A stretch of DNA of 64,000 nucleotides from Haliotis cracherodii (taxonomy: Eukaryota). Shown one piece after another: positions 40,901-52,600 of the stretch. The DNA lies in NCBI RefSeq assembly GCF_022045235.1, contig NW_027266265.1, positions 3,224,001 to 3,288,000 of the forward strand. The letters run 5' to 3'. The notes under the pieces were generated by a model. That model was given only the letters and a program-made list of their open reading frames with translations. It did no database searches and had not been told where the DNA came from. Made by a program: the position numbers and the translations under genes. Positions within the stretch are counted from its first letter, which is position 1. The number at the start of each line of letters is the position of its first letter.

Positions 40901-41879
40901 GCAATTTTGCAACTGGACACGGTTAATTCGTGTTAATAAAAATAGTGTCCAAATAAACTTCTATTCTTAATCTTACCCCTGTAGGTGTATGTAGAAATCA
41001 CGTTTAATGTTTCTTCTTCTCTTCAGACACAATGTCCGAGTACTGGACTTATCCCGGGTCTCTGACCACGCCCCCCTGCTACGAGAGTGTCACGTGGATA
41101 GTATTTAAAGAACACATGGTGGTGTCGGAGAGTCAGGTAAGCACCCATTATCTACATTTTCAAAGGATATATTTCATTAAAAGTTAATTCAAAATAGTGT
41201 ATCGTTTGAAGAATTAAAATGAACATAAATACAGGAGCAAAAGATACTACACCTCTCAGCTGATTTTATCATATGTTTGAACTTCAGTTGGGATTATCTT
41301 AGGTTAGCAATATTATATCCCAAACATAAACTGTGCTGGTGGGAAGCCAGCAGTCATGCTTCCACGTCGTTACATTTTTAAAATTAGGATTAGATTTACA
41401 ACTTTAAAAATGAATACATACTTTTCACATAATACACATCTGCTGAAAATCACAGTTCAAACATGTGGTTGAAAATTGATAGTCTTCATTGTACCAATTT
41501 ATTTTTACATTAAATGGACAAGAAGGCTCCTGTTTGTCCCGTAGGCAAAATTACTATTTCATTCGCCGTGTAATATCAATTTTGATCTCAAATAAGAACA
41601 AACATTATTCATTCTAAGAAAATCAGCATATAAATATATGAAGCCCTTATACTCATCGATATAAAAACATCAACGCTGGGGAATAAAGCGACTAAAAGTT
41701 GAGATTTAAATCAAATCCATTGTCTCTTTTCATTCCATCCCTGAATAAGTTTATTCTGCTTTCAGTTAAAGGCCCTTCGAAGTCTGTGTTGGGGGAACTG
41801 TGATGGCGACTGCATCGTCGACAACTACAGGCCACCGTGTGAGCTAGGCAGCAGAAAGATCCGAGCAGCATTTCATTAG
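34951..41879 (+). CDS. Alpha-carbonic anhydrase paralogue 3 (7 exons, 258 aa)
   Basis: Exons 34951-34978, 38026-38220, 39115-39233, 40012-40107, 40547-40661, 41027-41136, 41766-41879. Intact frame and motifs; about 7 aa differences from copy 1. Confidence 0.96.
35165..36300 (-). mobile_element. RTE-X-like LINE remnant in intron 1 of CA copy 3
   Basis: KTKLIV...[11 protein letters not shown]...[10 protein letters not shown] and [13 protein letters not shown]. Confidence 0.8.
38440..38680. repeat. About 64-bp C-rich tandem repeat in intron 2 of CA copy 3
   Basis: CATCCAACTGTCCTCTCCTCAAA...CATCCAACTGTGCCCCCTCAAAC, 3-4 units. Confidence 0.9.
38720..38888 (-). mobile_element. SINE family B in intron 2 of CA copy 3
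   Basis: 14-bp TSD ATAAATGCAAGGAG. Confidence 0.92.
39430..39698 (-). mobile_element. Family C retroposon in intron 3 of CA copy 3
   Basis: Matches family C; nested in a larger insertion at 39241-39706. Confidence 0.85.
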
Positions 41880-42463
41880 TGACTGAAAGAACTGTGGCTT
41901 TAATGATATCTGACTGACACACGGAATGAAGATCACGTTGACCGACCCCGACTGGCGGAAGGAATTGTACAACACTGCAGACATTGTTTGTGACTATCAC
42001 ACAACAGGGATGGACTGACATTGTGAGATTTCATCAGAAGTATAACAGAGCACTTGATATGAATCATGATCATTAGAATCCAACTGGGACGATTCAATGA
42101 GCTGACATTATTCAATTTTGTTCCCGGAAGAACGAAAGGTTGACTTGAGCAGGTGGAGTTGTTGTTTTATGTTTTTAGAACATGAATTATGGTGGGAAAG
42201 CATAAAGGACTCACAATTTATGTTCCACTTGGTGTGATATTGTAGCCCGAAGGCAAGAACTAATAAAACGGTTATTCCAGGTCTTCTATGGACAACAAAG
42301 CGCCCATAATATTGGTCACTGAACTGAGTATGAGAGGTTGTGGCGTGAATGGATCATGTCATTTGAACATTAATGTAACGTCTTTTTTTTTACAGAGACA
42401 TTCATCATCATCGGGGAACATATCACTCGATGCTTAACCATAATCTATCACAAATGCCTAATA

Positions 42464-42620
42464 GGGACACGGGTGGCGGTGCTCGTGGGTTGCACCAAAT
42501 TAGTAAACGTCTGAGGCCTGCATCAGTTCGGGCTTTCGTCCCACATTAAACTGACACGCTGTGATATAACTGGAATACTGTTAAAAGCGGCGTTAAACCC
42601 AACTCACTCACTCACTCACT
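42464..42620 (+). mobile_element. SINE family A, internally deleted
   Basis: Head joined directly to the 3' half; TSD AAATGCC(T/C)AATA. Confidence 0.85.
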
Positions 42621-42820
42621 AAATGCCCAATAAATGTACAGTCATCGATTCCAAATTTTCAATTCACAATAAGTATGTTCAGAATTGAACACATTTCCAA
42701 AAGAGTTTTTTTCCAAAGCTATTTAGTAATTTATCACCTGAATATCTTTCTATCTCAAATTGTGTAAAAACAAAGTAATTAATACATTCAACATGGTGAA
42801 TAACATCGTTCTCCACATAG

Positions 42821-43170
42821 GTGAGGTGAAATGGGGTTTAACGTCGCGTCCAAGATTATTGCACTTGTATAGCGACGTACATATACGTGTGTGTGTTTGT
42901 GTGGCTGCTTGTACTAGTCCGGACTGATGCCGATTTATAGTGCTAGCGAACTGAGATACCATGCCGCAGTTTAACATGCATTACCCACTCAAACACAGTA
43001 TACTGACTCCGAGCCGACCAGTCCTTGTTTTAGCCCCTTAATGCCGAGCGCCAGACAGGGTAACAACAAGCACCATCTTTTGACGTCTTTTGGTATGACG
43101 CGGCCAGGGATCGAGCCCCAGACCTTCCGCTCTCCGGGCGGACGCTCTACCACTAGACCACGGAGGCGGT
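42821..43170 (-). mobile_element. Meta-type SINE (family D), full length
   Basis: tRNA-like head GACCGCCTCCGTGGTCTAGTGG...GCTCGATCCC; 14-bp TSD CGTTCTCCACATAG. Confidence 0.88.
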
Positions 43171-43220
43171 CGTTCTCCACATAGTCCCGCGTCACACCGG
43201 TTCTGCTGTTCATTAGACTG

Positions 43221-43482
43221 GACCCGTGAAGATCCGGGATAGAATTGGTCTTAAGCAACCCATTCTTACCGTAAAAGGCGACAGTGCTTGTCATAAAAGG
43301 CAACCAACGGGATCGGATGGTCAGATTCGCTGACTTGGTTGATGCATGTCATCAAATCCAAAATGCGTGGATCGATGTTCATGATGTCGACCCCTGGATT
43401 GTTTGGTCCAGACTCGATTATTTACAGACCGCCATCATACAGATAGAATATGGATGAGTGCGGCGTTAAAAAACAAACAAAT
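43221..43482 (+). mobile_element. Family C retroposon
   Basis: GACCCGTGAAGATCCGGG start, GCGGCGTTAAA tail. Confidence 0.85.
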
Positions 43483-44689
43483 CCAAGTACAATGATAAAA
43501 AAGATGGGTTCCCTTCCAGTGTACTCAATAAATACAGCAATAAATGCAGCAAAATCTCTACCCCATTTTGTCATACCAGGTCAATCTCTCCGACTGGATA
43601 TATGTAAACACACATAATGTAGCTCAACTGAAACCAAACATACTTTTATCCAACAGAATAGTATCGAACATCAATAACATATCTTACCAGTGAATATTTT
43701 ATCAAAAGTATTCCTCCCGAATGCCTCCTGAACTAGGGCCTTTTTTGTGGCTGGTAAACAAAAAGTTTATATTCTGGAAAAATGTCACTAAAGTAATTTT
43801 CTATTGACTATGTTTTATATAAAGCAACAATGCCATGTTCAGATACAAAAGAAACAAAGCCAATGTCAGACAAAAATCTTCTATATTCCTTGCAATGTAA
43901 GATAGGCTTTTGCATAACCTTCGTCCTTGACAGCAGTACCCGCTCCTAATCCACAGTTGACGATGTTCCACTCGAGTCGCGATCTGTGACTGGAGCCGAC
44001 AACTGATGCTCATCACCTTCCAGAGTAGTGGCTGGCTTGTCCTCAATAACGAGTCTGCCATTCTTATAATAGCCCCTCTTGTTCTCAGATCTGAGCAAAG
44101 TCAGTTTCTCACGCTGTCGCTTATGACGAGTAATTGCAAGAAACCGAGCAAAAAAAATAAAAAACGTGAAAATAGCAAATCATATCCTATATTTTCAATC
44201 AAACTTTGTTAACAAGAATATTTTACATTAAGGGGCGATATGTACGAAATTAACCCTTAATGTAAACAAAAATATTTTTTACATTCAGGGTTGCGAGTCG
44301 ATGCTCTTGATGTCATTTTTTTAAAATAAGATTTAACACGTAACCCTTAATGTAACATTTTTTACATTAAGAGTATTTTTTACAGGGGTGTAACAAAGGG
44401 GAGGGCTCCTTTGCAGTTTATCGCCATACTAAACACGAATCAAAATTTTAAATCTTCATATATATTTTAAGTCTCTCTGCTTATATAATTCATCAATTTA
44501 TTTTTTTCCCTTTCAATACTGCTCCACTTTTCATAGTTTTTAAATATAACTTTGCATAAATGACTCAATTGTAAACATATTAACTTGGTCTCGTCGCTAT
44601 ATGGCTGAAATCCTACCGATGCGACGTTAAATTTTAACTCACTCACCCTCTGCTGTGGAGATGTTCATCTTTACCCAAGACCCTTAATA

Positions 44690-47030
44690 GACACAGATTT
44701 AAAGATTATTCATCTAAACGTTCGTAGTATAAAAGACAAACTAGATATCCTTGAAGTTGAGCTTAGACATAATGATGTAATTTCAATTGCTTGTCTGAAA
44801 CATGGTTCCACACGGGTATGCATAACAGCGACCTAATTATTCCTGGTTTCCAGGTTCCATTAAAGGTTTGTTTGTTGTTTAACGCCGCACTCAGTAATAT
44901 TCCAGCTATATGACGGTCTGTAACCAGACAACCCAAACAATCCAGTGATATACATTATGAGCATCGATCCACGCAATTCGGATACGATGAAATGCATCAA
45001 CCTAGTCGATTTAGGAAAGACAGGTCAACTCGAGGGGGTGGCATATTTATTTACGTTAGAGATAATATGTATGTCAAATATATGTATCCGCTTATAGTTG
45101 GTCTAGAGGCGATATGAGTACATGATAAATGCACAACTATTATGTGATTATTTGATTGGTACTGTCTATCGTGCAGATAAGAGTGGAGCGTATTGGGAAT
45201 TGATCAATGAATAGGAAACACAGTTGATATGAATATGTATACTGAAATTGCAGGAGATTTTAATATAGATACTTCGAGAGAATAATTAAAAAAATCGAAT
45301 ATTTGCAAATGGTGCATGGACGTTCACACATTATTAGAGAACCTACGAGGATCACCATACATTCCAGTACGTTGATAGATTTACATTTTGTGACAGACGT
45401 TGATAGTGTACAGGATTCGGGAGTACCTTGATCCAGTTTGTAGCGAATACAGTCCAATTTTTGTAACCATAAAAGAAATAATCCCTTTAAACGTAAAGTG
45501 CATTATTATTCCATAGCAGACCTAGATGGTTTAAATATAGACTTGCTGAAAATTGTTGGTGATTTAGTACTCTCATCGGGGGATGTGAACACAATTACTG
45601 ACGAATCTACATCTCGAAAAGACCCGTGAAGATTCCAGGGTCGAATATGTCTTCAGCAACCCATGCTTGCCGAAAAAGGCGAGTATGCTTGTCGTAAAAG
45701 ACGACTAACGGGATCGGGTGGTCAGGCTCGCTGACTTGGTTGATGCATGTCATCGATCCCAATTGCGTGGATCGATGCGCATGATATTAATCACCGGATT
45801 GTCTGGTCCAGACTCGATTATTTACAGACCACCGTCATATAGCTGGAATATTGCTGAGTGCGGCGTTAAACAACAAACCAACCAACCAAACAATCGAATT
45901 ATAAAAGTTTGTTGTAAACATATTCCTAATAAAATTGTTACCGTGCGATTAAAGGATCCACAGTGGATCAATAATGAGATACGTTCCTTAATAAGAAAAC
46001 GAATTCGACAACACAAAAAAAGCTAAAAGACGTAATACTCCATCTGAAATTTAGTAAATTTAGCAAATAATGTAATCGAATATGTCCGTAAGGAAAAGAA
46101 AGCATATGCATCTAACATTAATACTGTAATGAATAGTTCTTAAAGACATGATGACGTTTAGTAAAGGAATTTCTTTAATTTAAAACTGCAAAACACAATT
46201 TTCCCGCAATGATATTTGGGGATAGGTTGTATGATAATTACATGGATATTGCTAATATTCTCAATAGCCTTGTGGACAAATCTCGTATATGAAAACCTGA
46301 TATCCACTTTCCACCCTTTAGAACTATATAAAGTTGATAGGGGGGCACGGGTTGCCCAGTCGTCTAAGGCGCCGCGATTCGCTGTGCAGAGTTGCGTCCT
46401 TAGGGCACGCCAGAAACCTATGATTGTGGGTTCGAATCCCGGTTCGCCCCGATTATGTTTCTAGGTTTGTCAGCACCATACCCGTGGTCGTGGGTTTCAC
46501 CGAAGTGGTAAACGTCTGAGACCTGCATCACTTCGGGCTTTCTTCCCACATTAAGCTGACACGCTCACTCACTATAAAGTTGATAATCGATTAGTCAATA
46601 TAATTTTGATGGAAGATGAAGTTAGGGACATACACCTTTCCGTGTACACCACAAAGGCAACTTGTCCTGGTGGTATTGGAAATAAAGTACTTAAAAAACA
46701 GCTTACAGTTTAGTCCAAATCCGGTACAATGTGTGAAGCCCATTTCTGGTGTCCCCCGCCGTGATATTGCTGGAATATTGCTAAAAGCGGCGTAAAACCA
46801 TACTCACTCACTCACTAGTCCAAATCCTTACTGAACTATTCAATTTCACTCAACGAGCAATATTACCATCACTAAAGACAGAAGCTCTTTTCATTCCTAT
46901 TCATAAGAAGAATAACGTGAATAAATGCACAAATTACAGACAGGCTACGCTCACAAGTTGTTTAGCAAATATATTTGAAAAATGTTATTTAAACATATGT
47001 ATAACTATTTAAGGAATAATAACAATTTGC
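44690..47030 (+). mobile_element. Decayed CR1/L2-type LINE (endonuclease to RT start) with four nested short retroposons
   Basis: IIHLNVRSIKDKLDIL...ETW...IPGF...RKDR..RGGGIFIYVRD; PQWINNEIRSLIRKR; PGGIGNKVLK; PIHKK...NYR. Nested: family C (44866-45008 minus; 45621-45891 plus), family A (46340-46572, TSD TATAAAGTTGATA), family B 3' half (46723-46815, TSD TAGTCCAAATCC). Confidence 0.8.
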
Positions 47031-47034
47031 TCAC

Positions 47035-47345
47035 TAACCTGGATATCGACCAAACCTGTCTTGCGATGAGAGACAGGCGCCCACATCATAACGCTACCCA
47101 CACCAAATCTACCCACTTCCTGTTTCCGGCGTAACGTTCTCCCCGACGTCTGTGGACCAGTGCTCTTCCATCCCCTCGATGGAGGAGAAATCTTGATTCG
47201 TCGCTGAACCCCGCTCAAGATCGCTCCATCCGACTGCGTCACCTACGTGAAAGGATGACCACAGCCACCTCAACAGCATTCCAAATACCCGGACTGCGCA
47301 GAATCTCCGACCAGACCTTAGGAAACCGTTTAAGGGCAGTTAGAT
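47035..47345. mobile_element. Tc1/mariner transposase fragments in opposite orientations
   Basis: Minus strand: RFGVGSVMMWAPVS..KTGLVDI (DDE region). Plus strand: PAQDRSIRLRHLRER...RISDQTLGNRLR (HTH region). Confidence 0.75.
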
Positions 47346-48146
47346 GATGTGAGTGTACTTCTAAATGGAATTACCTGTCAATTCCGCTCATGTGTTGATG
47401 GTCAGGGATGACACGTCCATGTATTGTCCCCTGTGATAGGTGGCCACGTCATAGACAAGCTGGACGTAATCAATGCACGCGACTGTCGTATGATGTCGTG
47501 CAACAGATCTGTCACTCAAATATGCGTTGTCAATTTCAGTTGATGTCATGCATTCCGTGTAATTCCAGGCGTCCTTGTTCTGTTTACAAACTGTGCCTGT
47601 TAGTTCTGCTGTCGAGATGCATCGACTGATAGATTTGCACAAAACAACCCTTAGATTATTTTTTAAGAAAAAAGAAATCTCTTCTGCAAGATAGATTAAG
47701 ATATGACAAGGCGTAATACTATATGATAAATAACAAATATACACAAACTGCCAGAGTGAATTCATATCTATCAGAGATCTGATTTAATACATGAACAAGA
47801 ACGTGATGTTCAAGAATAACATGACATGTTATGAAAACATAGGCTATGACTTTACCGACGCATATTCAATCCAACACACTGCACGCACTGACAAGCTACC
47901 ACCATTCACAATAGGTACACGTATTACTCAATAAATACATCAATGAGTACGCATTATACATTGAGAACAAGGTAAAAATACACTACCTTCCTGATCCGAT
48001 ACCAAACATAACCCTGCTTAAAGGGCTATAAAGCGTCAGTCAACATACGTTAATCTCCACAGTCACTAATCTTTTGTTTTAAGGTACATATCCCTGTGTA
48101 TCAGATCTGATGGATCCGACATGACACTCACTATGGTTGGCTATAT

Positions 48147-49629
48147 GGTTTGTTCCCACTGTGTCGGCAGATTATTTCGTATTAATTAAGATAATTCGGA
48201 TTAGCCGTCATGCTTTGCTACACTGCCGACACTAATTAGTATATTTCATGAACTTGGCATTGTTATTAACCAACTCTAGTTTTGTTATCCGAACTACTCG
48301 TACGTGCTATTGAAGGCCCTGATGTAGTGAACACCGTCCTCACGTTCTACAGCGACCACGGCAGCCTGTACACGGCTGTCAAACACGTGTTTGTCTGTAA
48401 AGGTTCTACTACACCAAATCAGAACCAGTTTGGACAGTGCGGTTTTCGTAGGGGCCTTCAGTGCAGATCAAGAGATATCTGCAGGCTGTGATTGGAGGAT
48501 ATTCTGTAAGATTTTTATGTCTTCAATTGTACATCCATCCAGTTATAAAACTAACCATGTTTTTCTATATTTAGTACTGTCTTTTTCGGCATGATGACTT
48601 ATGCTGAATGTGACCACAGCTATTTTCAAGTAGGTGACATTTGGTGCGAAACTGGGGGTGGTGTGTTCAGCTTCCTGTACTCGGAAAAGGGGCTGGCTAA
48701 GCTAGTCATTTCTTATTTTTTTATTGCTGCTCTAAGGCCAAACTGTGCACACACGTACAGGTAATAGCTGTTGAATGCTTAGTTATTTAAAAAAAATATA
48801 ACGTTACTATAGAAGTCTATGGGAAAACATTTGGTTGTGTGTAACCTGTAAACTGAATGGTTGCCTTTTTCACTTCCGACAGAAAGTTTGGCGCAATGTT
48901 CAGAAGTGTGATCTGCAAACTGCCTCAGCAAACAATCCTGATGTTAACCTTTTTGTTAACCAGAACCGCCGTGATATTGCTGAGTGCGGCGTTAAACAAC
49001 AAACAAACCAAACCAATGAACCAGAACCAGCCGGCACGATGGTATCTTCCCAAAACGTAGACCTGCCAAAACGCAGACCCATTAAAACAACACTCGTTAT
49101 GGCTGGTTGCATCAGTAATAAGTACCCTGTACCCTTGATTATGTAAAATGGTATCACCCATGTAACAAGAAAGAAAGCTGGGTAGATTTCACAAAATTTT
49201 ATTCAAATGTTATTTCATTGTCATTTATGATTATCAGTCATTTTCACTTGTTTATCATCAGTGGACCAACTGCATCCAGGTACTGAAGGGGTGTCTTTTC
49301 ACGGCGATGAAGCTGTTCCTTGAGTCGGACAAGGCGATGTTCTTTATCTCTGTAGACAACCTTCCTGGGTGGCGGTGCTGCTCCAAATCCAAATTGCATC
49401 TGCGCTAGTTTCGCTCTCCGAAATTTCTACCTTCTGGATCAGTTCGATAAATCTGAAGATGTTTGGATGCGTGTGCTGATTCTTGCCGATTCTGGAGTGG
49501 AAACCTTCTAGGTTGTTGTTTGTACGATATTCCCCATTTTAATCCTTCTATTGTTGTAGGGATTAGCACGGAAGACAAGCTAAATTACCCTAAACAATAG
49601 CTGCCGGCACAGTGTGAACACCCCGCCCT
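48147..49629. mobile_element. Mutator-like (MULE) non-autonomous element inserted in the TATA box of CA copy 4
   Basis: Imperfect TIRs (GGTTTGTTCCCACTGTGTCGGCAG... / ...CTGCCGGCACAGTGTGAACACCCC). Transposase relics GCLFHFRQKVWRNVQ (plus, about 48856) and RTNNNLEGFHSR...HPNIFRFIELIQK (minus, about 49530-49430). Confidence 0.8.
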
Positions 49630-49699
49630 TATATTGCTCGGCCCTGGTTGTACAAGCCTCCAGTCAGTTCAGACTTAGCACCAACACACAGCAGTCATC
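49621..49699 (+). promoter_or_regulatory. Remodelled core promoter of CA copy 4 (GC box plus residual TATA)
   Basis: CCCCGCCC 49621-49628 directly before TTATATTG. The ancestral upstream promoter is displaced to about 47345-48146 by an insertion. Confidence 0.5.
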
Positions 49700-52600
49700 A
49701 TGCAATGGGGATACAGCACCGAGAACGGTAAGTTGCTGCGGTATAAATTATTCGTATTCTTTAATATTCCATTTTTGCATTGTAAGCCTTCTTATTTTTG
49801 ATTTTATAACTTTCTAAAATAGTATTGTATTAATTTGACACAGTAGGTGTATTTGCAGTATTCCTCCTATTGGGCAAGCGGTCTGAAAAGAATAACGACT
49901 CAAGAATGTAAAATCATTGTAAAAAAACACAAAATAGCTACGATTGAGAGTAAATATAATGTAAAGACGTGAAAGGTAAATATACTTATGACGACGTGCA
50001 TTATAAATAGTGATTTCACATTTTATTTCACAATATATGAAGGTTTATATATATCATAAAGTGACTGGCAGCGTTCACTTAGTGTAATTACAGTCCTGAA
50101 AATTCACAATACACCCGTACACGTACGTGTATTAAAGATCAACGTCATATCTAAACGGTGTCTACAAGTTTAAAAGCATGTCACACAGATAATTTGTTTA
50201 AAAGAACAGCTTCAAGATCCTTACAACAGTTTTGTTATTTTGACAGTTTTATAAATCTAGGTGTATTTCTGTATAAACTGTAATAAGGACAGTGCATAAG
50301 GAAGTGGATTTCATCTTCTATCTTGTTTAAATTACAGATTTTTGATTTTCTCTGGTCGGCACACGTGTTGGTGTATCTGCCTCTTTCAATCTCCAGATTA
50401 TGACAACTTAATTTAGTTAGAGCTAATCTATTATCTTTACACTTTACTATGAATACACAAAGTCAGCGATCTATAATAAACCCACTCAGCCACAGAGGCT
50501 TCCACAAAAATGAAAGTCCGACAACTAGTAGTCTAGATCACGTACTTTTTTTGTGGAAGCCTCGGTGGCTGAGTGGGTTAGATCGCTGACTTTGTGTGCT
50601 GGCGATTAGGTGCCTCGCTATGGCAAGTGTGGGTACGAATTCCGGACTTTTACCCAAAAGGTACGAGAATCTGTACTTTGCTAAGAAAGTGTTATCCTAA
50701 ATATAATTTCTTTTACACTTTACTGCTGAAACATACTTCTAAAGCCTAAATTTATCGGTTATAATTCCTTCATATCTCAGTTTTTGTGTTAACGTGATTA
50801 CCTTCAATCAGAAATTTGTTTTAAATAGCTTCATTGAAATTTGTGCAAGATGCATTTTCACTTTGAATTTGGGAAATAAGTGTGTCTTCAGATGTTCAAA
50901 AGATTGCAGGACATTTTGGGTGAGGCCAAATATTATAGCATTTCTCAGGCGCTGGAAAAACAAATGGACATATATATGTACAGAAAGAGGGTACAGTCTT
51001 CTATTACCTGTCACTCCCAGGATCTGCTTTGCTATTTTGATAGTGAACTCACATAACAAAGTGATTATGACCAATTTTGACACATTTCGGATAATGGGGA
51101 TGAGAAGTTGAATGCAGTGTACATGTTCCCATGTTTCAGTGCCACTCCAAGATTGTAGGAGTCCACTACATCAACGATTTGATTGCCCAATTTAAATTGA
51201 AGTTTATTTTCTTTGACGATCCTCCCAATAGAAGTATCTTTGCTACGTTAACCTTAAGTTAAACCCTCATAATGGGAATGCATCACAGGTGACACCATAA
51301 CAAATCTACGTTAAGAGAAGGATATAAGTGACAATCCCCGATTCAGGTTGTCAAGTAGGACTTATCAAGTCAGAGCACTCGTGTCAGTTGTCTGGCAGTA
51401 CACCATCCCGGTACCCGCAGTGCCTTCATTCAGGCGCACGGCGGACTGTGCACCACGTATGCCCGCCCTGATGGCTCTCTGTGGACATTAATCCTTAGTA
51501 CCACGTTACATAAAGTGACAGACAATTACTAGAAAATAGTGTTTAGGTAAATTATCCTATAATGACCATACAGTTAAAAGCATCGACAAACATACTCTTG
51601 AGGCAGGATGAAATCCTTTCATTGGGAAATGATTAAGTAAATAACACATGGTTGTTATTAACCTGGCTGAACAAAACGGACATTTGTAATTTGTGCATCC
51701 TTCGTATGTGTTATTTAAACTTTTGTTACTGTCTTCATGGGATTAAATTATTAATTATAACATTGTTTATAAATTACCGGTAAACCCTAGATATGTACCT
51801 CTTTAAATGTGATGGTTGTTACCATAGTGTATAAACAAGAGCGTGCATAGTCAGTCACGCGTGGAAAGCAATAACTGGTCCTTTGCGAAACAATATACAA
51901 TAAATATCAATACAGAGAAAAAGTACCACCATCCAAAATATGAAATGTTATTGCCCCGAATGAGCAGGTATGTCCGTGTGAGACCAATATGGACGTTCAT
52001 CGTATGGACGTGTTAAGTTATATCTTCCTCCAGTGAATTCCCTATGTGCCGCCACGCACGGCTTAATCCAATACAGTACACACACGAAATGACGTTAACG
52101 TTGTTTTTAATGTCAGTATCAAACATGGTGTGTTTATTTGGGGGCGTCTCACAACATGAATGACATAAACGAAACAATGCCTTTTACGAAATGCCAAATG
52201 CATTTGTTATATGTTTAATGACATGTTTTTATGCCTCAGAAAGATATGGGCATTTAACCTTACATTGGGTTGAATTTATAACATTTCAAAATGCATTTAA
52301 ACTTGTCATTACTTAAATTATTATCATTAGCATGTACAGATTAAAATAAGAAATGCTGCAAAGAGGGTTTGGGTGATACTGGCACAGTCAGGCTGGTCAG
52401 GGTCATCATCTGCTCAGGGTCCTGGCCCCCTCTGCACGCAGCACAGACAGCGAATGGGACTTCTCCCAGGAAGCGCTGCCTAGTCGAACCCATCCAGAAC
52501 TGTTCGGAGAATGTGAAGACTCCCCAACACTGCAGCCTTCTGCATTACCCAGATTGTCAGAAGAACTGTATTTCTGGTAGCAAACCTGGGTACTCTCCCA

